Shown one piece after another: positions 11,790-23,422 of a stretch of 64,000 nt of DNA. Each line of letters opens with the position of its first letter. Position 1 is the stretch's first letter. Source of the stretch: Bacteroidota bacterium (GTDB lineage Bacteria; Bacteroidota; Bacteroidia; CAILMK01); contig JAWXCF010000038.1 in assembly GCA_034440515.1 (NCBI GenBank), forward strand, positions 344 to 64,343, given 5' to 3'. The position numbers and the translations under genes were made by a program. The notes below the pieces were generated by a model that did not search any database, had not been told where the DNA came from, and worked only from the letters and a program-made list of their open reading frames with translations.

Positions 11790-12710
11790 ATGAAAAAACT
11801 TTTGATCTTATTATGCTTGCTTTCCGGCATATTCTCCACTTCTGTATTAGGGCAAGATGGAATGAATGGGGTAAAAAATGTGGTAATCGACGGTAGCGAG
11901 GACTATATGAAAGATAATGCCTACAGAATGTTAAGTAAACTTGAATTCTATCAAGATATGGTTGAACTTCAGTTAATAGGCATTGCTGACACAGCAAAAG
12001 TGGATAAGGGATTAAAAAAATTGAAGGAGTCTAAAAGATTAAAACGGTTTATTGCTTATAAAACGAATATGAGCAAATTGCCTAGCCAATTGATGGATCA
12101 TAATGAATTAACTGTAGTGCGAATCAATTATAGTAGCCTAAGTAGAATACCGACAGAAATTGAATCATTTCCTGCACTTGATACACTTGAAATCAATTAC
12201 ACCAGTTTAAAATCTTTACCAGAAGGAATTCAAATGCAAAACTTGTTAACCTACGTGAGCTTTAATCACGATAGTTTAAAGACTATTAAGCCTGAGTTTT
12301 GTAAACTAAATAGAGTAATTCACTTAGACTTAGGTTATAATCAATTTACAAAATTACCAGAAGAGTTCCCTCGATTAAAGAGTGTAGAATATTTAGACCT
12401 GAGTGGATGTAATTTTAAAAAACCTGCTATAGAATGGAAAAAAGTTGCTGAGCTGAAAGAATTAAGAGTATTGCACATTCAATCTTGTAACCTTACTGTA
12501 TTCCCACCAGAATTATTGCAATTGAAAAAACTAGAAGAGATATATATAGACGGCAACCTAATAGAAGATTTACCAGGAAGTTTTGAAAATATGCTGAACC
12601 TAAAAAAAATAAGCATTACTAACAATCAGTTTAAACAATTTGATGTAGAAGAGCTAAAACAAAGACTCCCAGGTGTTACTGTCGTAGAGGGAACCAACTT
12701 TAGAAAGTAG
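11790..12710 (+). CDS. Secreted leucine-rich-repeat (LRR) protein
   Basis: 306 aa with a signal peptide (MKKLLILLCLLSGIFSTSVLG). It has about 8 LRR units with LxxLxLxxNxLxxLP spacing (…LKSLPEGIQ…, …FTKLPEEFPRLKSVEYLDLSGCN…, …LIEDLPGSFENMLNLKKISITNNQF…). Confidence 0.75.
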   Translation: MKKLLILLCLLSGIFSTSVLGQDGMNGVKNVVIDGSEDYMKDNAYRMLSKLEFYQDMVELQLIGIADTAKVDKGLKKLKESKRLKRFIAYKTNMSKLPSQLMDHNELTVVRINYSSLSRIPTEIESFPALDTLEINYTSLKSLPEGIQMQNLLTYVSFNHDSLKTIKPEFCKLNRVIHLDLGYNQFTKLPEEFPRLKSVEYLDLSGCNFKKPAIEWKKVAELKELRVLHIQSCNLTVFPPELLQLKKLEEIYIDGNLIEDLPGSFENMLNLKKISITNNQFKQFDVEELKQRLPGVTVVEGTNFRK

Positions 12711-12845
12711 TAGAGATTAATTATTATTATATTTAACGTAATCTATAACATAGGTTGCGTTTTTTTATGACGTAATTTAAATATTTCCCTGAACATTTTA
12801 ATACAGTTTTAACTCTACATTAAATAACAATTATTATTTAAAACT

Positions 12846-13016
12846 ATGGGAACTGTATTCAAAATTTTTCTTGTCTTGGTAGTCTTGGCAGCATTTGGCT
12901 TCATTGGTTGGGGTGCAGTAACAGGCTTAGTTAAAATCATACTATATGTAGTGTTAGCACTTGCAGTGTTAGGATTTCTAGTAGGCGGCCGATTATTTGG
13001 TAGATCTTCTGACTAG
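12846..13016 (+). CDS. Small hydrophobic membrane protein (56 aa, two predicted TM helices), hypothetical
   Basis: ATG at 12846, TAG at 13014-13016. Translation is MGTVFKIFLVLVVLAAFGFIGWGAVTGLVKIILYVVLALAVLGFLVGGRLFGRSSD. It is not in the ORF track because it is under 60 aa. Confidence 0.35.
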   Translation: MGTVFKIFLVLVVLAAFGFIGWGAVTGLVKIILYVVLALAVLGFLVGGRLFGRSSD

Positions 13017-13091
13017 ATATCTAAATTAACTAAATCAACATTTAGATTTATATCCCATATGGTTAGTTCTATATGGGATTTTTTATGTTAT

Positions 13092-13126
13092 AAAAAAACC
13101 CGCATTGCAAAAAAGCAATACGGGTT
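13092..13126 (-). terminator. Rho-independent terminator ending the rpoBC-DUF3467 transcription unit
   Basis: Plus strand reads AACCCGCATTGC-aaaaaa-GCAATACGGGTT, a 12-bp stem with one mismatch. It is preceded on the plus strand by A7, which is U7 after the hairpin on the minus strand. Confidence 0.6.
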
Positions 13127-13148
13127 ATAACATTAATTCATATAAATG

Positions 13149-13469
13149 TTAGGCTAATCCTGTTGGGCCGCTAAACATTAAACCTGGTCCAGGTATTTGA
13201 TCATCTTCATCTATTCTACCGTATCTGCTCTCATACTTAGAAATATTGTCTTCTAATGCACGCAAAAGCTTCTTAGCGTGAATTGGGTGAAGGACTATTC
13301 TACTTTTCACTTTAGCCTGCGGAATACCGGGCATCATAGCTACAAAGTCAACAACAAACTCAGTAAGAGAGTGAGTTATGATAGCCATATTGCTATAAGT
13401 ACCCTCAGCCATATCTTCACTTAAGTGAATGCTGATTTGATTTTCGTCTGTAATTATTTCATCTGACAT
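13149..13469 (-). CDS. DUF3467-family protein (conserved small protein found downstream of rpoC in Bacteroidetes)
   Basis: 106 aa, MSDEIITDENQISIHLSEDMAEGTYSNMAIITHS…. Position directly after rpoC and size are typical. The family assignment is from memory. Confidence 0.6.
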   Translation of the reverse strand: MSDEIITDENQISIHLSEDMAEGTYSNMAIITHSLTEFVVDFVAMMPGIPQAKVKSRIVLHPIHAKKLLRALEDNISKYESRYGRIDEDDQIPGPGLMFSGPTGLA

Positions 13470-13486
13470 ATTTCTATAGCTAATGA

Positions 13487-16400
13487 TTAGTTTTTACTAG
13501 ATAATCTATCATATACGTCACGACTGCCTACTACAATGTCTTCAAAGTCTCTAACACCAGTACCGGCAGGGATTCTGTGACCTACTATTACGTTCTCTTT
13601 CAACCCATTCAGTGAGTCAATTTTACCTGCTATTGCAGCTTCGTTTAACACCTTAGTAGTTTCTTGGAAAGACGCCGCACTTAAGAAACTCTGCGTACCT
13701 AAACTGGCACGTGTAATTCCTTGTAGTAACGGACTTGTAGTAGCACTAATAGCCTCAGCAGCCTCAACTAATTTTTTATCTTGGCGTTTTAACTTACTAT
13801 TTTCTTCGCGTAGCCTACGACTAGTTATAATCATACCTGGCGTTAAGTCTGGGCAATCACCTGGTTCAACTATTACTTTCTTATCGTAAATGTTGCTATT
13901 TTCTAGCAATACCTCCCATTTATCAACAGCCTCATTCTCTAAAAATCTGGTATGTCCAGGGTTTTCTACCAAAACTTTCTGCATCATTTGACGTACTATG
14001 ACTTCAATGTGCTTATCATTGATTTTTACACCCTGTAGTCTATATACCTCTTGTATTCCATTAAGAATGTACTGTTGAACTGCATATGGTCCTTTAATTT
14101 TCAATATGTCAGCAGGCGTAATGGCACCATCACTTAATGGTTCACCAGCCTTAACAAAGTCATTCTCTTGAACTAAGATGTGTTTGCTTAATGGAACTAA
14201 GTATTTCTTTTGCTCACCTTCCTTACTTGTTATGATTATCTCTCTATTACCCCTTTTGATACCACCGAAACTGATAGTTCCATCAATCTCTGTAATTACT
14301 GCTGGGTTAGACGGGTTACGCGCCTCAAATAATTCTGTAACACGAGGCAAACCACCTGTAATGTCACGAGTCTTACTTGTTGCTCTTGGTATTTTCACCA
14401 AAATCGCACCTGCATCTACAGCTTCACCATCATCTACTACTATGTGGGCACCTACAGGTAAATTGTACTCTCTAAGTGTTTCCCCATCTAAGTTATTGAT
14501 TATAATGGTAGGAATTTTATTTTTAACACGAGTTTCAGTAATTACTTTTTCACGGTGACCAGTTTGCTCATCGACTTCCTCACGGAATGTAATACCCTCT
14601 GTTATGCTATCATAGAAAATTTTACCAGGGAACTCACTCAATATTACTGAGTTATATGGGTCCCAATGACAAATTCTATCTTCTTTTTCAATTATCTGAC
14701 CATCAATTACGTGCAGGAATGATCCATAAGGAATATTAAATGAGGCCATCATTACGTTGGTACGCTCATCTATAATTCTTATTTCACCACCGCGACTTAG
14801 TACTACGTTGGCTATACCCTCTTCAGACTTAGTATCAAACTTAACTGAAACTACGTTCTCGAACTCTAACCTACCAGGAGACTTAGCTAAATGCTGAGAC
14901 TCACTCGCAATCTTAGATGCTGTACCACCCACGTGGAATGTACGAAGTGTTAACTGTGTACCTGGTTCACCAATTGATTGTGCTGCAATAACACCTACTG
15001 CCTCACCACGTTGTACCATACGACCACTACTCAAGTTTCTACCGTAGCACTTTTCACAAACACCACTTCTACTTTCGCAAGTCAGTACAGACCTAATCTC
15101 AATTTCTTCAATTAAGCTCGAATCAATGATTTTAGATATATTTTCATCTAACTCTGTACCAGCAGCTGATATTAATTCGCCTGAAATTGGATCATATATA
15201 TCGTGAAGGGTAGTTCTACCTAATATTCTTTCAAATAAGGTTTCAACTATTTCTTCATTATCTTTTAATGCAGTGATTGGTAAACCACGAAGTGTACCAC
15301 AATCTTGTTGACGAACAACAACATCTTGTGCCACGTCGTGCAAACGACGAGTTAAGTAACCGGCATCTGCTGTTTTTAGTGCAGTATCGGCAAGACCTTT
15401 ACGAGCACCGTGTGTAGATATGAAATACTCAAGAACTGACAGACCTTCTTTAAAGTTGGCTATAATCGGATTCTCGATAATCTCACCTGCGCCACCGCCA
15501 CCAATGTGTTTACGTGGTTTTGCCATTAGACCCCTCATACCTCCTAGTTGACGGATTTGCTCTTTACTACCACGTGCGCCACTATCTAGCATCATATATA
15601 CAGAGTTAAAGCCCTGATTATCATTAGCTAAATATTTCAACAAGTTGTCGGTTACACGGGTTGTAATACGTGTCCATACGTCAATTACCTGATTATAACG
15701 CTCATTATTAGTTATGAAACCATTGTTATAGTTGTCAGTAATTTCATCTACCTCTTCTTGTGCATTGTCTATTAAGCTAAATTTCTCTGAAGGTACAGGA
15801 ACATCACTTAGATTAAAGCTAAGACCACCACGGAATGCATAGTGAAAACCTAACTCTTTAATTTCATCAAGGAATTTAGCAGTTGATGCCAATCCTGTTT
15901 CTTGATATACTCTTGTGATGATTTCTCTTAAAGATTTCTTACTTAATAGCTCATTAATATAACCCATTTTAGCAGGTACTACTTGATTAAATAGTAATCT
16001 ACCAATTGTAGTTTCTATCAATTTATTTTCTAGCTCACCATCTTCTTTTTTCACATCTGCACGCACTTTAATTACTGCGTGTAATGCTACTTGACCGTGG
16101 TCATAAGCTATAATGGCTTCTTCTGGGCTATAAAACTTCAGACCTTGACCTATTACAGTTTCGGTTTCAGTACTAATGCGTTGTTTAGTAATATAATATA
16201 AGCCTAATACCATATCTTGAGATGGTACACAAATAGGGTTACCATTTGCTGGGTTCAATATATTATGCGATGCCAACATCAGTAATTGTGCCTCTAGTAC
16301 TGCAGCGTGTCCTAGGGGAACGTGAACGGCCATTTGGTCACCATCAAAGTCGGCGTTGAAACCAGTACATACTAATGGGTGAAGTTGTATAGCTTTACCC

Positions 16401-17773
16401 TCAACCAATTTAGGTTGAAATGCCTGTATACCAAGTCTGTGCAACGTTGGTGCACGATTCAGCATTACAGGGTGGCCTTTCAATACGTTTTCTAGGATGT
16501 CCCAAATTACTGGGTCTTTTCTATCAACTATTTTCTTAGCAGATTTTACAGTTTTAACTATACCTCTCTCTATTAGTTTTCTAATAATGAATGGTTTGAA
16601 TAACTCTGCTGCCATATTTTTAGGCAATCCACATTCGTGCATTTTCAACCAAGGACCTACTACGATAACAGAACGACCAGAATAGTCAACCCTTTTACCT
16701 AATAGATTTTGACGGAAACGCCCTTGTTTACCTTTTAGCATATCGCTTAAAGATTTTAATGGACGGTTACCTTCAGTTTTTACTGCGTTAGCTTTCCTAC
16801 TGTTGTCAAATAAACTGTCAACAGATTCTTGCAACATCCTCTTTTCATTTCTTAAGATAACCTCTGGGGCGCGTATCTCTAAAAGTCTTTTCAGACGATT
16901 GTTTCTAATGATAACGCGACGATACAAGTCATTTAAGTCTGATGATGCAAAACGGCCACCATCAAGTGGAACTAATGGACGTAATTCTGGTGGAATGACA
17001 GGTAATACCTTTATGATCATCCACTCAGGTTTATTCACAAAGTTTTTATTGGCAGATCTAAAACTTTCTATTACTTTTAGTCTTTTTAGTGCCTCATTTT
17101 TACGTTGTTGAGAAGTTTCGGTAAATGCAGCGTGCCTTAGGTCATAAGAAAGCTTGTCTAAGTCTAATTTCCCAAGTAGCTCAACCAAGGCCTCACCACC
17201 CATTTTGGCGATAAATTTCTGTGGATCGCTATCATCAAGTAATTGATTATCCTTAGGTAATGTCTCAAGGTGATTCATATATTCCTCCTCATTAAGGAAG
17301 TCCATAGTCTGTACACCTTCTTCTTCTTTTACACCTGGGCTGATTACTATGTAACGCTCATAATAAATAACCAACTCTAGCTTCTTAGCAGCTAGACCCA
17401 GCATATACCCTATTTTGTTAGGTAAAGATTTGAAATACCAAATGTGTGCAACGGGAACTACTAGGTTTACGTGACCTAAACGCTCACGACGTACCCTTTT
17501 TTCAGTTACCTCTACACCACAACGGTCACAAACTATCCCTTTATAACGAATACGTTTGTATTTACCGCAGTTACACTCATAGTCTTTAACAGGTCCAAAT
17601 ATTCTTTCACAGAATAAACCGCCCATTTCTGGTTTGAATGTACGGTAGTTAATTGTTTCAGGTTTTGTAACCTCTCCGTGAGACCATTCTAAGATAATCT
17701 CCGGTGAAGCCAAACCAATTGAAACTGTGCGAAAATCGCTTTGCAGTTTCTTATTCTCTCTTTTTATAGCCAT
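13487..17773 (-). CDS. rpoC: DNA-directed RNA polymerase subunit beta'
   Basis: 1428 aa with zinc-finger cysteines (CNCGKYK…CDRCGVEV) and the [12 protein letters not shown] catalytic motif. Length is typical for Bacteroidetes beta'. Confidence 0.98.
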   Translation of the reverse strand: MAIKRENKKLQSDFRTVSIGLASPEIILEWSHGEVTKPETINYRTFKPEMGGLFCERIFGPVKDYECNCGKYKRIRYKGIVCDRCGVEVTEKRVRRERLGHVNLVVPVAHIWYFKSLPNKIGYMLGLAAKKLELVIYYERYIVISPGVKEEEGVQTMDFLNEEEYMNHLETLPKDNQLLDDSDPQKFIAKMGGEALVELLGKLDLDKLSYDLRHAAFTETSQQRKNEALKRLKVIESFRSANKNFVNKPEWMIIKVLPVIPPELRPLVPLDGGRFASSDLNDLYRRVIIRNNRLKRLLEIRAPEVILRNEKRMLQESVDSLFDNSRKANAVKTEGNRPLKSLSDMLKGKQGRFRQNLLGKRVDYSGRSVIVVGPWLKMHECGLPKNMAAELFKPFIIRKLIERGIVKTVKSAKKIVDRKDPVIWDILENVLKGHPVMLNRAPTLHRLGIQAFQPKLVEGKAIQLHPLVCTGFNADFDGDQMAVHVPLGHAAVLEAQLLMLASHNILNPANGNPICVPSQDMVLGLYYITKQRISTETETVIGQGLKFYSPEEAIIAYDHGQVALHAVIKVRADVKKEDGELENKLIETTIGRLLFNQVVPAKMGYINELLSKKSLREIITRVYQETGLASTAKFLDEIKELGFHYAFRGGLSFNLSDVPVPSEKFSLIDNAQEEVDEITDNYNNGFITNNERYNQVIDVWTRITTRVTDNLLKYLANDNQGFNSVYMMLDSGARGSKEQIRQLGGMRGLMAKPRKHIGGGGAGEIIENPIIANFKEGLSVLEYFISTHGARKGLADTALKTADAGYLTRRLHDVAQDVVVRQQDCGTLRGLPITALKDNEEIVETLFERILGRTTLHDIYDPISGELISAAGTELDENISKIIDSSLIEEIEIRSVLTCESRSGVCEKCYGRNLSSGRMVQRGEAVGVIAAQSIGEPGTQLTLRTFHVGGTASKIASESQHLAKSPGRLEFENVVSVKFDTKSEEGIANVVLSRGGEIRIIDERTNVMMASFNIPYGSFLHVIDGQIIEKEDRICHWDPYNSVILSEFPGKIFYDSITEGITFREEVDEQTGHREKVITETRVKNKIPTIIINNLDGETLREYNLPVGAHIVVDDGEAVDAGAILVKIPRATSKTRDITGGLPRVTELFEARNPSNPAVITEIDGTISFGGIKRGNREIIITSKEGEQKKYLVPLSKHILVQENDFVKAGEPLSDGAITPADILKIKGPYAVQQYILNGIQEVYRLQGVKINDKHIEVIVRQMMQKVLVENPGHTRFLENEAVDKWEVLLENSNIYDKKVIVEPGDCPDLTPGMIITSRRLREENSKLKRQDKKLVEAAEAISATTSPLLQGITRASLGTQSFLSAASFQETTKVLNEAAIAGKIDSLNGLKENVIVGHRIPAGTGVRDFEDIVVGSRDVYDRLSSKN

Positions 17774-17819
17774 TAGACCGTATTGAGATGTTTTTTTGTG
17801 TTATTAATAATAAAAATCC

Positions 17820-20800
17820 TTAGTCTAGATTAATATCTAGCGCTAAACCTTTCAACTCGTTTAACAATACGTTAAACGATTCTGGCAATCCTGCATCAGG
17901 TAAGTTATCTCCTTTTACTATTGCTTCATATGTTTTGGCACGGCCAATGATGTCATCAGATTTAATAGTTAACATTTCTTGCAAGATGTTGGAAGCACCG
18001 AATGCCTCAAGTGCCCAAACCTCCATCTCACCAAAACGCTGACCACCAAACTGACTTTTACCACCTAACGGCTGTTGCGTAATTAAGCTGTATGGTCCGA
18101 TAGAACGCGCGTGCATTTTATCATCAACCATATGGCTCAATTTCAACATATAGATTACCCCAACTGTTGTCGGTTGGTCAAATCTATCGCCAGTCAAGCC
18201 ATTATATAAGTAGGTACGACCATTTAAAGGAAGCTCTGCTTTCTCAATGTAGCTATTAATCTCTGCCTCAGTTGCACCGTCAAATATTGGAGTAGCGAAC
18301 TTTACTCCAAGTTTTTTACCTGCCCAGCCTAACACCGTTTCGTATATCTGACCTAAGTTCATCCTACTAGGTACTCCTAATGGATTTAATACAATGTCAA
18401 CAGGCGTTCCATCTTCTAGGAATGGCATATCCTCACGTGGTACTATCTTAGCCACAACACCTTTATTACCGTGACGACCTGCCATCTTATCACCTACTTT
18501 CAACTTACGTTTTTCAGCGACATAGATTTTGGCCAATTTCAATACTCCAGTAGGTAATTCATCACCTACTGTAATAGAAAATTGTTCACGACGATAAAGC
18601 GCCATAGCTTCGTTTACTTTAGCACGATAGTTCTGAATTATTTTCTTAGTTTTATCAGACCTATCAGTGTCACTTGACCAGTTATTTGGATCAACCTCAT
18701 CAAAGTTTATAGCGCGTAAAATTGTTTTACCAAACTTAGCAGCTTTAGGTACTATTTCCTCACCGTATATGTTTTTCACACCACTTGACGTTTTACCATC
18801 TAACAGTATGATCAACTTTTCATTCAACAATTCTTTTAGTGCTGAGATTGTCTTGTTGTTATCGCTCTCTAACTTAGTTAATAGTGACTTTTCTTTATCG
18901 CGATTAACACGTTCTTTACGCGCACGTTCAAACAATTTCTTAGTTATTACAACACCGTTTCCACTTGGTGGTACACGTAGCGACACGTCTTTTACGTCAC
19001 CAGCTTTGTCACCAAATATTGCACGAAGTAGTTTTTCCTCAGGTGAAGGTTCACTTTCACCTTTAGGAGTGATTTTACCAATTAGAATATCCCCTTCTTT
19101 TACTTCAGAACCAATTCTAATCAGACCATTTTCGTCTAGATTTTTAGTTGCTTCCTCACTTACGTTAGGTATATCATTGGTAAATTCCTCTACGCCACGT
19201 TTGGTATCTCTTACGTCTAATTCGTATTCATCTATATGAATGCTAGTAAACCAGTCTTCACGTACAGCATTTTCATTAATTACAATGGCATCTTCAAAAT
19301 TGTAACCCTGCCAAGGCATAAATGCCACAACCAGATTTCTACCCAATGCTAATTCGCCTTGTTCAGTGGCAAAACCATCACATAGTACATCACCTTTCTC
19401 TACCCTTTGTCCTTTACGAACTATTGGTTTTAAAGTGATGCAAGAATTTTGGTTAGTACGACGGAACTTTACTAGATTATAAGACTTAGTATCACCATCA
19501 AAATCAATTAATTTAGAATCTTCATCTTTGTCATAACGCAACCTAATTAATTGCGCATCTACATAGTCTATTACTCCAGGACCTTCGGCAACTACTAGTG
19601 CTCTACTATCCATTGCTATACGTTTCTCAATTCCAGTACCAACTATTGGTGCTTGCGGTCTAAGTAATGGTACAGCCTGACGTTGCATATTCGATCCCAT
19701 CAGGGCACGATTCGCATCATCGTGTTCTAAGAACGGGATTAGTGAGGCAGCAATAGATACGATTTGGTTAGGCGAAACATCCATATATTCAAGACTAGTT
19801 GGCTCAACAATGGTGAAATCACCGCTTTCTCTTGCCTTAACACGCTCAAGAGCAATGTTACCATCTTTGTCAACTTCTGCTATTGCCTGACCTATCATTT
19901 TGCCATCTTCTTCTTCAGCACTTAAATAGGTTACATTTTCTGTAATTACTCGACCATCAGTTACTTTACGGTATGGAGTTTCTATGAAACCCATTCCATT
20001 AATTTTAGCATATACTGAAAGTGAGCTGATCAAACCAATGTTTGGACCTTCTGGTGTTTCAATGGTACATAAACGTCCATAGTGAGTATAGTGTACGTCA
20101 CGAACCTCAAAACCTGCACGCTCACGACTAAGTCCACCTGGTCCTAGCGCTGACATACGTCTTTTGTGCGTAATCTCTGCCAAAGGATTCGTTTGATCCA
20201 TAAACTGAGATAACTGATTGGTACCGAAGAAACTATTAATTACACTACTAAGAGTACGAGCATTTATCAAGTCTGTTGCAGTAAAGACCTCATTATCACG
20301 AACGTTCATACGCTCACGAATAGTTCTGGCCATCCGTGCTAAACCTACACCAAACTGTGCATACAATTGCTCACCAACTGTACGAACACGTCTGTTGCTT
20401 AAATGGTCAATATCATCTATATCAGCTTTACTGTTGCTTAACTGAATTAGATATTTAATGATTAATATAATGTCATCTTTAGTTAATACACGGGTATCAA
20501 TAGACTCACTTAAACCAAGTTTCTTGTTGATACGGTATCTACCTACTTCACCTAAGTCATATCTTTTATCAGAGAAAAACAACCTATCGATGATGCTACG
20601 TGCAGTTTCATCATCTGGCGGGTCAGTATTTCTTAATTGTCTATATATGTGCTCTAGGGCTTCTTTACCAGTATTTGATGGGTCTTTCTGTAAAGTATTG
20701 TAAATGATGGCATAGTCATTTACTTCAATATCTTCACGGTGTAAAAATATACTTTTAGTATTAGCCTCTAGTATTGCATCAATGTGAGCTTCCTCTAGAT

Positions 20801-21626
20801 GCGTATCTCTTTCTATTATAATTTCGTTACGCTCTAATGATACAACCTCTCCAGTATCTTCATCAACTAAGTCTTCTACCCATTTGCGAAGTACCCTAGC
20901 TGCAAGTTTTCTACCTAGTAGTGATTTTAGCTTAGCCTTACTAACTTTAACTTCCTCTGCCAATTCAAAAATTTGCAAAATGTCTTTGTCAGATTCGTAA
21001 CCTATTGCTCTAAGTAGCGTTGTAACTGGGAATTTTTTACGACGGTCAATATATGCAAACATTACGTTGTTCACGTCTGTAGCAAACTCCATCCAACTTC
21101 CTTTAAATGGAATAACCCTAGCACTGTATAGTCTGGTACCATTGGTATGGAAAGTCTGACTAAAGAAAACACCAGGAGAACGGTGCAATTGAGATACAAT
21201 GATGCGTTCAGCACCATTGATTACAAATGTACCACGAGGAGTCATATATGGTAGTGTACCAAGGTAAACGTCTTGAACTATTGGTTCGAAGTCTTCGTGT
21301 TCAGGGTCAGTACAGTATAGTCTAAGTTTTGCCTTAAGTGCTACACTATGGGTTAAGCCACGCTCTATACACTCATCAATGTTGTATTTAGGTGGATCAA
21401 TGAAATAGTCTAGGAACTCAAGTACATAAAGACCTCTTGCATCACTGATTGGAAAATTTTCAGCAAATACCTTATAGAGACCTTCTTCCCTGCGATCTTC
21501 CGCAGGAGTATCTAATTGAAAAAATTCATGGAATGATTTCAATTGAACCTCCAAGAAATCCGGATAGTTTAGCGGATTTGGGGTTTTCCCGAAATTAATA
21601 CGGGTATTTTTCTTTTGAGCAGTCAA
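17820..21626 (-). CDS. rpoB: DNA-directed RNA polymerase subunit beta
   Basis: 1268 aa with a conserved N-terminus (…[21 protein letters not shown]…) and the GRHGNKGV motif near the C-terminus. The apparent start codon is TTG (21624-21626), with no in-frame ATG before an upstream stop. Confidence 0.97.
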   Translation of the reverse strand: MTAQKKNTRINFGKTPNPLNYPDFLEVQLKSFHEFFQLDTPAEDRREEGLYKVFAENFPISDARGLYVLEFLDYFIDPPKYNIDECIERGLTHSVALKAKLRLYCTDPEHEDFEPIVQDVYLGTLPYMTPRGTFVINGAERIIVSQLHRSPGVFFSQTFHTNGTRLYSARVIPFKGSWMEFATDVNNVMFAYIDRRKKFPVTTLLRAIGYESDKDILQIFELAEEVKVSKAKLKSLLGRKLAARVLRKWVEDLVDEDTGEVVSLERNEIIIERDTHLEEAHIDAILEANTKSIFLHREDIEVNDYAIIYNTLQKDPSNTGKEALEHIYRQLRNTDPPDDETARSIIDRLFFSDKRYDLGEVGRYRINKKLGLSESIDTRVLTKDDIILIIKYLIQLSNSKADIDDIDHLSNRRVRTVGEQLYAQFGVGLARMARTIRERMNVRDNEVFTATDLINARTLSSVINSFFGTNQLSQFMDQTNPLAEITHKRRMSALGPGGLSRERAGFEVRDVHYTHYGRLCTIETPEGPNIGLISSLSVYAKINGMGFIETPYRKVTDGRVITENVTYLSAEEEDGKMIGQAIAEVDKDGNIALERVKARESGDFTIVEPTSLEYMDVSPNQIVSIAASLIPFLEHDDANRALMGSNMQRQAVPLLRPQAPIVGTGIEKRIAMDSRALVVAEGPGVIDYVDAQLIRLRYDKDEDSKLIDFDGDTKSYNLVKFRRTNQNSCITLKPIVRKGQRVEKGDVLCDGFATEQGELALGRNLVVAFMPWQGYNFEDAIVINENAVREDWFTSIHIDEYELDVRDTKRGVEEFTNDIPNVSEEATKNLDENGLIRIGSEVKEGDILIGKITPKGESEPSPEEKLLRAIFGDKAGDVKDVSLRVPPSGNGVVITKKLFERARKERVNRDKEKSLLTKLESDNNKTISALKELLNEKLIILLDGKTSSGVKNIYGEEIVPKAAKFGKTILRAINFDEVDPNNWSSDTDRSDKTKKIIQNYRAKVNEAMALYRREQFSITVGDELPTGVLKLAKIYVAEKRKLKVGDKMAGRHGNKGVVAKIVPREDMPFLEDGTPVDIVLNPLGVPSRMNLGQIYETVLGWAGKKLGVKFATPIFDGATEAEINSYIEKAELPLNGRTYLYNGLTGDRFDQPTTVGVIYMLKLSHMVDDKMHARSIGPYSLITQQPLGGKSQFGGQRFGEMEVWALEAFGASNILQEMLTIKSDDIIGRAKTYEAIVKGDNLPDAGLPESFNVLLNELKGLALDINLD

Positions 21627-21678
21627 TGTTGATATATAAATTTAGCTGCGTGAATCAAGAATGTGTATAAACAGGAAT

Positions 21679-21704
21679 AGACCTGCCAATTTCTTGGTAG
21701 GTCT
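21679..21704 (-). promoter_or_regulatory. Stable hairpin in rplL-rpoB intergenic spacer (possible attenuator/processing site)
   Basis: The 11-bp stem AGACCTGCCAA / TTGGTAGGTCT (one G·U) has a 4-nt loop. It lies between the rplL stop and the rpoB start. There is no strong U-tail, so it is more consistent with partial attenuation or RNase processing than a full terminator. Confidence 0.35.
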
Positions 21705-21728
21705 AATCATATAATTTGTTGAAGGTTA

Positions 21729-22109
21729 TTACTTAACCTCAACTTCAGCACCTGCTTCTTCTAATTTGGCTTTGATTGCTTCAGCCTCATCTTTAGAAAC
21801 GGCCTCTTTGATAGCTTTTGGAGCGCCATCAACTAGATCTTTAGCTTCTTTTAGACCAAGACCTGTTAGGTCTTTTACTATTTTAACAACATTTAGTTTT
21901 TGACCACCTGCAGCTTTCAGGATTACATCAAACTCAGTTTGCTCTACTACAGCTTCAACAGCAGCACCAGCGCCCCCGCCTGCCATCATAACAGGTGCAG
22001 CAGCAGCCGGCTCAATGCCGTATTCATCTTTCAGGATCTGAGCCAGTTCATTTACTTCTTTTACAGTAAGGTTTACTAACTGGTCAGCAATTACTTTAAC
22101 GTCCGCCAT
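21729..22109 (-). CDS. rplL: 50S ribosomal protein L7/L12
   Basis: 126 aa with an Ala-rich hinge ([16 protein letters not shown]) and the C-terminal domain. ATG start. Confidence 0.96.
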   Translation of the reverse strand: MADVKVIADQLVNLTVKEVNELAQILKDEYGIEPAAAAPVMMAGGGAGAAVEAVVEQTEFDVILKAAGGQKLNVVKIVKDLTGLGLKEAKDLVDGAPKAIKEAVSKDEAEAIKAKLEEAGAEVEVK

Positions 22110-22154
22110 TTCTTAACGATTTGAAATTATTGATTATAAATTATGTAACTTGTG

Positions 22155-22685
22155 TTAGGCATTTCGCTCTTCTAGAGTTTTTAGAATGCCAGCTATTTTA
22201 GCGCCCTGACCTTTCAGTGCACTTATTACGTTTTTAGCAGGTGATTGCAATAATGCTATTACGTCACCTATTAATTCTTCTTTACCTTTTAGTTGGGTCA
22301 ATGTATCTAATTGGTCATCGCCAATGTACAATGACTCTTGCAAATACGCAGCCTTAAGTGTTAAGCCTTTATCGCCATTACTTTGACGATATTCCTTAAT
22401 AAGTTTAGCTGGTGCTGTCATTTTCTCACTAATCATAATTGCAGATGATCCCTTCAAAACAGTTTTGAATTCAGAATCATCTATCTCACAATTAACAAGT
22501 GCCTTTCTGATTAGGGTATTTTTTACAGCCTGCAGAGAGACACCTTGCTCAAAGCACATACGGCGTAAACTATTGTTCTTAACTACGTTAAGTGCTGAAA
22601 TATCAGTTATATAAAAGTTTTTGCCACTGTCATTAAACAATTGTGTCAAACCTTCAACTATATCTTGCTTTTGATCTTTATTCAT
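22155..22685 (-). CDS. rplJ: 50S ribosomal protein L10
   Basis: 176 aa, located between L1 and L7/L12. L10-like sequence. Confidence 0.9.
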   Translation of the reverse strand: MNKDQKQDIVEGLTQLFNDSGKNFYITDISALNVVKNNSLRRMCFEQGVSLQAVKNTLIRKALVNCEIDDSEFKTVLKGSSAIMISEKMTAPAKLIKEYRQSNGDKGLTLKAAYLQESLYIGDDQLDTLTQLKGKEELIGDVIALLQSPAKNVISALKGQGAKIAGILKTLEERNA

Positions 22686-22697
22686 TATAAGTAGATA

Positions 22698-23396
22698 TTA
22701 TAGACCCACAACAGACTTACTATCAATAGTAATTCCAGGGCTCATTGTGCTAGATATTGTTATGCTTTTAAAATATGTACCTTTAGATGCAGATGGCTTA
22801 AGTTTAGCTACTGTAGCTAACATTTCTTGAATGTTGGCTTGTATCATATCAGGGGAGAAACTAACCCTACCAACACTGGCGTGGATAATTCCAAATTTGT
22901 CAACCTTAAAGTCGATCTTACCTGCCTTTACTTCTCTTACTGCTTTTCCAATTTCTGGAGTTACAGTACCGGCTTTAGGGTTAGGCATTAGACCGCGTGG
23001 TCCCAGTACCCTACCTAGCTTACCTAGTTTAGGCATTACGTCTGGGCTAGTTATGATAACATCTATATCAGTCCAGCCGCTTTCAATTTTCTTTAAGAAT
23101 TCGTCTAATCCTACAAAGTCAGCACCAGCTTCTCTAGCCTCTGCCTCTTTATCAGGATTAACTAGAGCCAAAACCCTAAGGTCACGACCTGTACCGTGAG
23201 GTAATGCCACTGTACCACGCACCATTTGGTTCGCTTTACGTGGGTCAACCCCAAGTCTGATATCTAAGTCAACTGAAGCATCAAACTTAGTTGTAGTGAT
23301 ATCTTTTACCAATGTGCTAGCCTCTACCAGCGTATATGCTTTTGTAGAGTCAACCTTATCGGCTATTTTTTTTCTATTTTTAGTTAACTTAGTCAC
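22698..23396 (-). CDS. rplA: 50S ribosomal protein L1
   Basis: 232 aa, (M)[20 protein letters not shown]…. The start codon is GTG (cac at 23394-23396), with a stop immediately upstream in frame. Confidence 0.94.
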   Translation of the reverse strand: MTKLTKNRKKIADKVDSTKAYTLVEASTLVKDITTTKFDASVDLDIRLGVDPRKANQMVRGTVALPHGTGRDLRVLALVNPDKEAEAREAGADFVGLDEFLKKIESGWTDIDVIITSPDVMPKLGKLGRVLGPRGLMPNPKAGTVTPEIGKAVREVKAGKIDFKVDKFGIIHASVGRVSFSPDMIQANIQEMLATVAKLKPSASKGTYFKSITISSTMSPGITIDSKSVVGL

Positions 23397-23422
23397 TGAT
23401 TAAAGTATGCTATAGTTGTGAA

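Noticed and set aside
18667-19239. 190-aa ORF on the plus strand inside rpoB (and similar antisense ORFs at 5788-6052, 6019-6417, 14178-14558, 16497-17111, 20218-20703, 22831-23199, 23469-23873, 37461-37736, 37917-38153, 47199-49017, 50865-51116, 52943-53393)
   Set aside because: All lie antisense to, or out of frame within, strongly supported conserved genes (rpoB, rpoC, fusA, rplA, rplK, groEL, RND pump, surE). Their compositions are low-complexity (S/L/P-rich) and typical of spurious antisense ORFs.
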